Shown here piece after piece: positions 8,347 through 16,964 of a stretch of 26,546 bases of DNA (positions are counted from its first letter, which is position 1; each line of letters begins with the position of its first letter). Both the position numbers and the translations under genes were made by a program. The notes under the pieces were generated by a model. That model saw only the letters and a list, made by a program, of their open reading frames with translations. It was not told the origin of the DNA and did no database searches. Origin of the DNA: Promethearchaeota archaeon (GTDB lineage: Archaea > Asgardarchaeota > Lokiarchaeia > Sigyniarchaeales > SOKP01); the NCBI GenBank assembly GCA_008080735.1, contig SHMW01000065.1, positions 1-26,546 of the forward strand, in the 5' to 3' direction.

Positions 8347-9204
8347 TCTTTTCTTTTCATTTTTGAATTCTTCTAAAAAAGGTTATATTAAAAAATCTTC
8401 ATCATAAAAGTTAATTTTGTACCTCAACAATAACAAACTAGACGAAGTTACCTCCGAATTGTCTGATATCAATCTCGCTTGCGAATTTCATCTGAAATTT
8501 AATCCGCTTGGCAAAAAAAAAACTAATAGCACAGTTGAATTGATCTTATATTCTATATACTCATTTTTCTTTGATAAAAAGTCTTTAGGAATGGTTCTTT
8601 TCCCCAAATTTGGTTTTCTCTGAATTCTTCCAATTGCTCTCTATTTTCTATTATGTTTTCAATATTGCACCCAAGAAAAATGCTAGTAAACGAGATGGAA
8701 ATATCTCAAATATTTTGATATATTTCATATATCCAAATTGATATGTTTTGCATTCTACTAAAAAATTTAAACCTCTCTGTATATGGCCCACCTCAAAAAA
8801 AAGATAGAATCTAATGCAGATTCTGAAAGTTTCGAATACCATCCGACATATTCATAGAACCCATAGTTTACATTGTTTTCATTCCGCCCGATAAGTCACC
8901 CATGTGTTTAACAATCCCGAATTTCATTTAAATCCGTTCAGCGTGTGCCGTCTCAGCTATATAGAGTTCAATATTATATGAAGAATATAGTCAATAGAAC
9001 CCACATTTCAAGAATATGATTTGTTTGAAAGGTTTTTAAAGGAACCTATACAAAGTAATATTAAAAAAGTATTTTGATTTATAAACAAATTAACATATTG
9101 TTTATATTATTATTTGTCACAAATTCTTTTATTAGCATAAAAAATAAATTAATTAAACAAACATTTTACTAAACAACTATTTTACCAAGATTAGGTGAAT
9201 TAAT

Positions 9205-10956
9205 TTGTATCATTTAGACGGAACGGATATCTTAAAGGAAAAATACTATCATAAAACGAAGAGTGTATGTCCCGAATGTTTGGACAAAATCGACGCTGAA
9301 GTGTACGAAGAGGATGACGAAATTTGGATGAAAAAAGAATGTCCGAAACACGGTGAATTTAAGGACAAAATTAGTTCTTCTGCAAAATATTATAAATGGA
9401 CACATTATGCCCAAAAAGATGATAATGGGAACATAGAGTGGCAATTTCTAAAGAATGGAGAGGCTAACCCTCCCGATTGTAAAATGGAAGACCCTCGAGG
9501 GTGTCCGTATAATTGCGGATTATGTGATGAACATTTATCAACATGTTCTTTAGCGCTTATTGATCTTACAAATCGATGTAATTTTAACTGTAATTTCTGC
9601 TATGCGAACGTGAGAAAGGCAGGATATCTTATTGAGCCCTCAATGGAAGAGTTAGAAAGAGTTATGAGGCATTTCCGAGAAAAACCTATTCCCGCACCAG
9701 CAATTATGTTTACTGGTGGAGAACCATCCGTACGAGCAGACTTTCCCGATATTTGTAAAATGGCGAAAGACCTCGGATTTAAAGAGGTAATTTGTGCCAC
9801 GAATGGATATGGCTTCCAGAGGAAGAAAGGCGGACTCGATTTCACAAAAGAGTGTTTTGAAAAAGGATTGGATACCTTATATTTACAATTTGACGGCATA
9901 AATGATGCCACTTTAGAAAAAACTCGTGGAATTAAAAATCTATTTGCCTATAAGGAGCGAGTAATCGAGAATTGCCGAAAAGCAGGGTTAACTTCTGTCG
10001 TATTGGTTCAGACAGTAGTAAAAGGCATAACTGATATAGAGATCGGAAACGTGATTCAATATGCGATTGATAACATTGATGTGGTGAGAGGTATTGTATA
10101 TCAGCCAGTATCTTTATGCGGGAGAATCACCGCCGAGGATATGGAAGATATCAGAATTACGAACGCGGATGTCATTAAAGAAGTCGATAAACAGACAGGC
10201 GGTAAAATTGGTATTGAGAATGCATGGTATCCACTAACTACTATTGTAGAGTTTGGCAGAATCATTGCATATCTCGCGGACGTTGAGCCTGTGGAGTTTA
10301 CATGCCATCCCGATTGTGGATTTGCCACATATCTAGCCATCGACCCAGAAACTAACGAGATGGTACCGATTATGGATTTCTTTGACCCATTAAAGATTGT
10401 AGATTTCTCAAATAAATTTTGGGAAAAGATTAAACACAAAGAAAAAGAACAGATTCAATTCTTTGAGAACTTTTTAGGAGATATCGGTAAAACATTAGAT
10501 AAAGGCGTTAACTGGCTCGATAAGCAACAGTTAAAAGCGAGATTTTTAGCCGGAATGCTCCAATACACTAAAAAACCGGGTAAATTAATGGAAATGTTTT
10601 CCAGAATATTAATAAACGGTGAATGGGAGAGTATCAGTGCGTTTACCCATGGAACCTTATTAATTAGTTCGATGCATTTTCAGGATGCCTATAACATGAA
10701 TATTGAACGAACCAAGCGATGTATTGTACACTTCGGTGTGGCAATGCCCGATGGGAGTGTATATGAAGCACCATTCTGTACCATGAACACCTTACATAGA
10801 CCACATATTGAAAAGCAAGTAGCGAAGAAACTAACTGCCAAGGTGGAAAATGAGTTTGACACCAGCAAAGGTGAGAGAGTATTAGATGTCTCTCAACATG
10901 ATTTAACCCAACAACAAGAAGTTGCCCATAATGGTGGCACTAAAAAGAAGGAGTAG
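9205..10956 (+). CDS. tes: Tetraether lipid synthase (GDGT/macrocyclic archaeol synthase, radical SAM, MJ0619 family)
   Basis: N-terminal SVCPEC...KECPKHG, CPYNCGLCDEH, radical SAM CNFNCNFC, TGGEP, YLQFDG, FTCHPDCG, MHFQDAYN and RCIVH...PFC; AGGTGA SD before the TTG start. Confidence 0.9.
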   Translation: MYHLDGTDILKEKYYHKTKSVCPECLDKIDAEVYEEDDEIWMKKECPKHGEFKDKISSSAKYYKWTHYAQKDDNGNIEWQFLKNGEANPPDCKMEDPRGCPYNCGLCDEHLSTCSLALIDLTNRCNFNCNFCYANVRKAGYLIEPSMEELERVMRHFREKPIPAPAIMFTGGEPSVRADFPDICKMAKDLGFKEVICATNGYGFQRKKGGLDFTKECFEKGLDTLYLQFDGINDATLEKTRGIKNLFAYKERVIENCRKAGLTSVVLVQTVVKGITDIEIGNVIQYAIDNIDVVRGIVYQPVSLCGRITAEDMEDIRITNADVIKEVDKQTGGKIGIENAWYPLTTIVEFGRIIAYLADVEPVEFTCHPDCGFATYLAIDPETNEMVPIMDFFDPLKIVDFSNKFWEKIKHKEKEQIQFFENFLGDIGKTLDKGVNWLDKQQLKARFLAGMLQYTKKPGKLMEMFSRILINGEWESISAFTHGTLLISSMHFQDAYNMNIERTKRCIVHFGVAMPDGSVYEAPFCTMNTLHRPHIEKQVAKKLTAKVENEFDTSKGERVLDVSQHDLTQQQEVAHNGGTKKKE

Positions 10957-10967
10957 GTGAGAAAAAA

Positions 10968-11246
10968 ATGTCTCAAGAAGAAATTATAACAGAAGATGGG
11001 TTAAAAATAAGAAAGTTAATAGATTTAACGCCTTCTACAGCAGAAGAATATAAGGAAGCAATGCTCCACAGAGTTGAACACTTCTCAAAACGGAAAGATT
11101 CGGTTTTTAATGATTTTATGGAAAACACTATTGTCCAAACTTTAAAAATTGGATTAAACGCAAAAGTCCAATTAGACAAGATGTTAGGGGAAAACAAAGA
11201 GAAGGTTCATGATATGCTTGAGAAAGTTCTTATGCTCGGGCTATAA
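10968..11246 (+). CDS. Hypothetical helical protein, probably co-transcribed with tes (92 aa)
   Basis: 11-nt gap after tes; SD AGGTGAG overlaps the tes TAG; T-rich tract follows this ORF. Confidence 0.8.
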   Translation: MSQEEIITEDGLKIRKLIDLTPSTAEEYKEAMLHRVEHFSKRKDSVFNDFMENTIVQTLKIGLNAKVQLDKMLGENKEKVHDMLEKVLMLGL

Positions 11247-11263
11247 ACGAATAAATTTATACT

Positions 11264-11299
11264 ATTTTTATCTATATATTTTATTTCTATTCTTTTTTT
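11264..11299 (+). terminator. Oligo-T terminator after the tes operon
   Basis: Repeated T runs (up to T7) downstream of the stop at 11246. Confidence 0.4.
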
Positions 11300-11475
11300 A
11301 TGTGGAATTTCATTAATTTGATTTTTGTATCAGATGATCATCTGAATTAAGGATAGAATTTTATTTAATCAAATAAAAGTATTCTGGAAGGTTTTTGTCC
11401 TAACTAGTTTTATGAGGTGATTGTAGGGAAATTTCCGAATTTTTTTTTGAAATAAAATATTTCTAAGATGTAATA

Positions 11476-12564
11476 ATGGCGTGGAATTTTATCCTTATAT
11501 CTGTCAGTATCGTATTTATTGCCAATGCGTTCGGTCAGCTCTATTATGCTCTCCAATTAAGAAAAAAATTCTCAGAAGAGCATAATTTCAACAACAGTGT
11601 TGGGACATTCATATTATGGTTTGTGGCCGGCGTGTTATACCCCTATTATTTCTGGCCATATACGGAACCACAGACTTTTTTTGAAGGGCTTTCAGTCTTT
11701 TTTATATGTATATTCACTCCAGTATTGATTTCTGTGATCCTATTGTATCAATATTTATTCGTTATTAAAAAAACACCCAAAATTAAGGAACAGCGTACGA
11801 TTAATTTGTTCCTCAGTCGTTTTGACAATAAAAATGAGAGGCATAAACCGAAAAGTGTGTTTCACACGCTTAAGATAGATATTTACAGAAAAGGTTTACA
11901 TCTATTTCCCGCCATCGTAATTATCTTTTTATGGATTTTTGCTGTGTATGTGTGGGATGATTTATGGGAGGCGGATCAATTTTGGGGGATTTCAGGGGAG
12001 CAATTTGGACGTTTTCTAATAATTACAGCGGGGTATTCTGGTATTCTCATATTTGGTGCGCTCGATTACGTGAGATTGTCCTATATTTTTCCCAAAAAAA
12101 ATCTCTTTCATTTCTTACCAAATAATGTACTAGATTTACTCACAAAATCGATGAAACGCCAAGAAATCTTCGAGTTTACCAAACCAGCCACCTTAGTGTT
12201 GGCGTTTACGCCAATTTTCTTTTTCCCGTTTGGTATATTTGCATCTGCTGCCTTAATTGCGACCATAGGAGACGGGGCTGCTTCGATAATGGGTCTGAAA
12301 TTTGGAAAAATTCGCTATCCAAAAACCAGTAATAAAACGATTATCGGATATGTATCGGGTGCTATTGTTTCATTTTTGGTGAGTTTTATTTCACTATATA
12401 TATTTCAGCCAATAATAAGCATTACAGAGATTCTTATCCTCTCTGCAGTTGGTGGTATCGCATTTCTTCTAGTTGATTTATCCAATCTCAATATTGATGA
12501 TAATATATTAAATCCAATCGTATGCGGATTGGTAATGGGATTTGGGTATTATCTATTTTTCTAA
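11476..12564 (+). CDS. CTP-dependent polyprenol kinase family (dolichol/phytol/diacylglycerol kinase-like) membrane protein
   Basis: RKGLH, GDGAASIMGLKFGK, KTIIG and IDDN motifs; about three extra N-terminal TM segments. Confidence 0.8.
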   Translation: MAWNFILISVSIVFIANAFGQLYYALQLRKKFSEEHNFNNSVGTFILWFVAGVLYPYYFWPYTEPQTFFEGLSVFFICIFTPVLISVILLYQYLFVIKKTPKIKEQRTINLFLSRFDNKNERHKPKSVFHTLKIDIYRKGLHLFPAIVIIFLWIFAVYVWDDLWEADQFWGISGEQFGRFLIITAGYSGILIFGALDYVRLSYIFPKKNLFHFLPNNVLDLLTKSMKRQEIFEFTKPATLVLAFTPIFFFPFGIFASAALIATIGDGAASIMGLKFGKIRYPKTSNKTIIGYVSGAIVSFLVSFISLYIFQPIISITEILILSAVGGIAFLLVDLSNLNIDDNILNPIVCGLVMGFGYYLFF

Positions 12565-12628
12565 AAAGAGAATAGATTGGTAAATTGATGTGGGAATAAT
12601 CATAGTGAACTAATAAATGATGGAAAGA

Positions 12629-15600
12629 TTAGAAGAATGCGTCCATCTTTTTGATCCCTTTTATCTCTTGCCAGGTGACTCCTAAGGCGTCCAGAACCTG
12701 TTCCAAGGCAGATTTTAATAATTCTCTATATTTTTTAACATCAATTTCTTGTAATTTCGCAATTTCAGTTGCTCTTGCTCCGTTTGAGGTTTTGGTCTTT
12801 ACATACGACATAACTTCTCCTTTTTGATATTCTTTTCCGGTTAATTTTTTCAACTCTAATGCCGCTGAGATGTGCTGTGGGGTAACTTTATATTTATCTA
12901 ATGCTTTCGTAATTGCCGTATTAATCGCATAATCTTCTAAATCGAACGCACCTTCTTTTCCTATTTTTCTTAAGTTGTCTTTTACTATTGAAACGATCTT
13001 ATCCTTAGACTCCTTATATTCCTCATCATTTGTGATATGTTTCAAAATCTCGATGAGTTCGCCGAAAATTTTTTTTATAAATTCAGGGGTATTACGCTTC
13101 TTAGCCAGAAGTCCTTTCATATCAACATATTTAGAGTCTTTATGAATTCCGATATAATTTTTCTTTCGCTCTGAAAGGGCTAAGAATTGATAGGTTTTTT
13201 CTTCTTCGAGATCTAAATCGAGTTCTTTTTTACTCCATTCGGAAATATTTTTCATCTGTTCTTCAGATGGATTATCTAAAAATATTGAGTCAGTATCTCC
13301 ATACAAGATATCCACGCCCATGCTCTCGGCTTTTTCTATACTCTTTTTGATAGAATACTGTCCAATTGCTGTCGTGCTTTCTGCCACAGGTAAACAGAAG
13401 AGCGGAAAATTTTTGCTTCCAAACACACCATATGAATTATGCACAACTATACCATTAGTGGCAATGAACCATCCATTTGCAGTCTCAATATCATAAACAT
13501 TAATCTTTTTTGCAATTTTCTTAATATCTTTAATCCTAACTGGTGTTGTTCCGTTAAAATTAACTACCCCATGAGTTTTTCTTCGATATTCTCTTCCTTC
13601 TGTTTGAATTATCCTGTATATATCTGTAGGTTTTTTAGGATTAACGACTGAGCAATACCCATCTAATGCCCCAATTAAGTAAACTAGATCATTTTTAAGT
13701 TGTTTACTCTTAGTAGAATACCGTATCCATTTCCCTTTTTTTAAATTGCCATCACCGAGGTAATAATTTTTAAGCAAGAATTTTGCTCTTTTATAATCCA
13801 ATAATTCTAATGGTATTTTTTTATGAGCTGCTCCTTTAGAACAAAATCTAATGAATAATTGCTTAAGTATTTTTGAATTAATCCTTATCTGCTTCTTATT
13901 ATCATAACTAAATGGATATTTTAGAGATTTTAATAAAGAGATTATATGATTATATCGTTTAGGATGCAATTTCTTTTTTTGAGTTATTGAGATTCGGTTT
14001 TTATCAATGCTCCCTTCCGCGATATACCAACCAAGTAACCCAAAAAATTCAAGCGGAAGATCTAAAAAACAAAATATCCACTTACCAGATTCTTCTCCAT
14101 ATTTTACAGAAAAATGTAAATCATGATTTAGAGATACTTTCTCAATTAAAAATTTTTCAGAGGTTTCTAATTCATCCCATAAACATTTGTAAATTTTACT
14201 TACTTTTGAATATTTGAACTTTGAATTTATCAAATTGATAATTGGATTTTCTTTTGATTCATTTGTTCTGTATGAATATTTCTTATATTCCTTTCTTTCC
14301 AGAGAGACCCATAAATTATTAGTTGGAATATAATTTGGAATAAAAATTTTTTTAGGAGGGTGTGTATTTAATGGGTTTTTATGATATACTAATATTTCAT
14401 CCCCAATTTTTAAATTTCTTGCTTCAATCTCTTTAATCTTAGTTAAATTCTCAATTTTAGGTATGATATGATTGGAAGTACATTGAAATTTTCTACCATC
14501 AGATAAGGTGATTTCAAGGTAATCCTCAGCTTTTCGAGTATTGACTCCAACAATATTCACAAATTTTCCTTGTCCAAATTTACCTGAATTCCTTTCTATT
14601 GATAAAATATCTTTTCCCTTCCAATTTCTTTCTAAATCTCCTATTTTGATTTTTGAGACTTTGTTATCTTTTTTCTTTATAATGACTTCTTCATTATAAG
14701 GAAGACACCCGTTTATGAATACTTTAATCGCTTGTTGGATGGTGGTATAATAATCACGTCGTTTCTCAGAAAGGTTCGTGTCTTTCGATTTTGGTTTAAA
14801 ATATTTGACCCTAATGTCGCGTAGAAAGCCAACGACATAAGCAAATATACCCATTTTATGAGAGCACACATGGTATGGGATTCCTTTCAAGAGATTATCC
14901 CGACAATCTTCATGGGGACATTGGATTGTTTCATAGGAGAGATTATATTCTTTGATAATGGTAGGATAGAGAGAGGAGAAATCCATCACCACGACATCAT
15001 AATGGATCCCTGGAGTTGGGGGTATCACATATGCGCCCTTGAACCCTTTTCCATCGATGGTGGATTTAGAATATCCGCCTGGTTTGAGTTCGGAAATTTC
15101 CTCCTTTCGGGGGATTAAATACTTTTTCTGCCGATGTTCATAATAGAAAATATTTTGAATCCATGAGGAGATTTGATATCTGACCATATCGTGGATGGGC
15201 ATTTTAGTTATTCTGCACAACAGGATAATGAGATTCCATACAAGGGAATTGTTAAATTTAGAGAGTTCCAAGGTGAGAATCGAATCCTTAAGATTATACC
15301 ATGAAAGAATGTTGTATTCCATTTCATGAATTTCTTCTTCATGCTGATATTTTTCTTCCCCCAATAACGCGGCGCTTATAGCATTTAAGGAATTATTTTT
15401 GTATGCACCTCCAAACGCATAACCCGAGATACTCCTGTTGAAAAAAAAATTGAATAAATCAATATGAATTCCTTTACGGAGATCGCATTCTGCTTTTGAC
15501 ATAAATCCGTATCCCCGTTTCACGATAATAGGATTTAAATCTTTTTCTATTTTGAGTCGATTAGCCCTGTGAAAAAGATAATTCAAATCGAAATTATCTC

Positions 15601-16801
15601 CGTTAAATGTGAGGATTACCGGATATTTCCACATAAGCCGAAAAGTTTCTGCCAATAATTCTTTTTCCGATGTAAAATACAGAACTTCTGCGTCTTCTGG
15701 AAAGTGTTGATGAGGGTCGCCATAGACATAACCGTCTCGTTCGAGCATATACACGATTTTCACGCCATCAGTTGCAACAAAAGATATACTAATTACTTCT
15801 TGTTTGGCTTGTCTGGGATCGGGAATGAGATAATCTTTAGGCCCCATATTCACTTCAATATCCATCGCCATCCGTTGCACGTCGGGGATTTCAGATAAGA
15901 ATAATTCAATATTATTTTTAGCAAAATTTTGGATTGCAGTATTCTCATCCTTAAATAATTCTTGTAATTCCCGTGCCACTTGTTCATATTCTTCTGGGTC
16001 TCCTTGATATTCAATTTTATGAATTTTTCCATCCTTAATTCGATAAATTAATCCCGGTATCAAAGCCCTATCATAAATGTAATTAAGATGATAACGTATT
16101 TTCGCCTCCCATGCGTCTCCCAGGATGCTTCGAATATTTGTGCCCGAGCCCCCAATATCTGTCGGGGTTTTACCATATATTTTGGTGACTTTAATTTTCT
16201 TATCGCGGAGGAGATCAAATCTTTTTATCTCCTCAAATCGTAAGAAACCTTCATAATTGGTCAGATTCACATTATTCTCTAATTGCTGGATTGACTGTTT
16301 ACTGATACAGTATGGTTCATGATCGGTAGTATCGATCCAAATTTTAATCTCATGGGAATTTAAATCGTAAAACTTACAGTATGCCTTATTTTGTCCGCCG
16401 TCGTAATCAACATCAAGTAAAAAACCCCGTTCGAGATTTTGAACAATTTCACCCTTTTTAATGAGATAGCGAAGATACCGCGGCTCAAATCCTTCACGTT
16501 TAATTTTCTCAAGCTCAATATCCCCTGCTTTTAATCCAAAAGGCTTCTGATTTCCCTTAAAGAATAATTCCTCAGGAATTTTTGTTAATTCTTGTTTCTG
16601 TTTTTTCAATTCCTGCTGTTGCTTAGCTAACCGTGCAGTTTTTAACTCATCTGAAGATTCTGTGAGTATTTCTTCTTTTACTATCTTGCTTGGTTCCTTT
16701 TTTTCTTTGGATTTTTTGGGATCTTTCGCTGCTCCAAAAGAAACTAATGAGGTCTGTTTCTTATCTTCTTCCTTCTCATTTTTGGATTTCTTTTTTGCCA
16801 T
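12629..16801 (-). CDS. polB1: Family B DNA polymerase, PolB1 type, intein-containing
   Basis: Exonuclease motifs DIEV, TFNGDNFD and YNLKD; motif A DFSSLYPTII; motif B KVFING/SYG split by the intein; motif C YGDTDS; KKNY. N-terminal LLDVDYDG...HEPY resembles Sulfolobales Dpo1. Confidence 0.93.
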   Translation of the reverse strand: MAKKKSKNEKEEDKKQTSLVSFGAAKDPKKSKEKKEPSKIVKEEILTESSDELKTARLAKQQQELKKQKQELTKIPEELFFKGNQKPFGLKAGDIELEKIKREGFEPRYLRYLIKKGEIVQNLERGFLLDVDYDGGQNKAYCKFYDLNSHEIKIWIDTTDHEPYCISKQSIQQLENNVNLTNYEGFLRFEEIKRFDLLRDKKIKVTKIYGKTPTDIGGSGTNIRSILGDAWEAKIRYHLNYIYDRALIPGLIYRIKDGKIHKIEYQGDPEEYEQVARELQELFKDENTAIQNFAKNNIELFLSEIPDVQRMAMDIEVNMGPKDYLIPDPRQAKQEVISISFVATDGVKIVYMLERDGYVYGDPHQHFPEDAEVLYFTSEKELLAETFRLMWKYPVILTFNGDNFDLNYLFHRANRLKIEKDLNPIIVKRGYGFMSKAECDLRKGIHIDLFNFFFNRSISGYAFGGAYKNNSLNAISAALLGEEKYQHEEEIHEMEYNILSWYNLKDSILTLELSKFNNSLVWNLIILLCRITKMPIHDMVRYQISSWIQNIFYYEHRQKKYLIPRKEEISELKPGGYSKSTIDGKGFKGAYVIPPTPGIHYDVVVMDFSSLYPTIIKEYNLSYETIQCPHEDCRDNLLKGIPYHVCSHKMGIFAYVVGFLRDIRVKYFKPKSKDTNLSEKRRDYYTTIQQAIKVFINGCLPYNEEVIIKKKDNKVSKIKIGDLERNWKGKDILSIERNSGKFGQGKFVNIVGVNTRKAEDYLEITLSDGRKFQCTSNHIIPKIENLTKIKEIEARNLKIGDEILVYHKNPLNTHPPKKIFIPNYIPTNNLWVSLERKEYKKYSYRTNESKENPIINLINSKFKYSKVSKIYKCLWDELETSEKFLIEKVSLNHDLHFSVKYGEESGKWIFCFLDLPLEFFGLLGWYIAEGSIDKNRISITQKKKLHPKRYNHIISLLKSLKYPFSYDNKKQIRINSKILKQLFIRFCSKGAAHKKIPLELLDYKRAKFLLKNYYLGDGNLKKGKWIRYSTKSKQLKNDLVYLIGALDGYCSVVNPKKPTDIYRIIQTEGREYRRKTHGVVNFNGTTPVRIKDIKKIAKKINVYDIETANGWFIATNGIVVHNSYGVFGSKNFPLFCLPVAESTTAIGQYSIKKSIEKAESMGVDILYGDTDSIFLDNPSEEQMKNISEWSKKELDLDLEEEKTYQFLALSERKKNYIGIHKDSKYVDMKGLLAKKRNTPEFIKKIFGELIEILKHITNDEEYKESKDKIVSIVKDNLRKIGKEGAFDLEDYAINTAITKALDKYKVTPQHISAALELKKLTGKEYQKGEVMSYVKTKTSNGARATEIAKLQEIDVKKYRELLKSALEQVLDALGVTWQEIKGIKKMDAFF
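13436..14707 (-). mobile_element. Intein (424 aa) with LAGLIDADG homing endonuclease in PolB motif B
   Basis: Starts CLPYNEEV (residue 699); block B CTSNH; LLGWYIAEG and LLKNYYLGDG motifs; ends VYDIETANGWFIATNGIVVHN, followed by Ser+1. Visibly more AT-rich than the exteins. Confidence 0.95.
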
Positions 16802-16964
16802 TTTTCTATACGAACCGATTCTATTTATTCTTAATATATCTGACTAATAAATAATATTATGGATTGGATTATAAAAATCATATTTAGCTCTTGATATAAT
16901 ATAATAATGGAAAATAAAAAAAAATAAGAGGTATGTAATTTATCTATTTGTCATTCGATATTTT

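Noticed and set aside
8417-8842. ORFs 8417-8623(+) and 8651-8842(-)
   Set aside because: No SD, no motifs, and composition typical of translated AT-rich intergenic DNA. Not fully excluded.
9205-10956. Radical SAM protein as a RiPP maturase acting with TldD/E on the small peptides
   Set aside because: Its motif set fits Tes rather than a SPASM peptide maturase, and the peptides and tldDE are 7-15 kb apart and unlinked.
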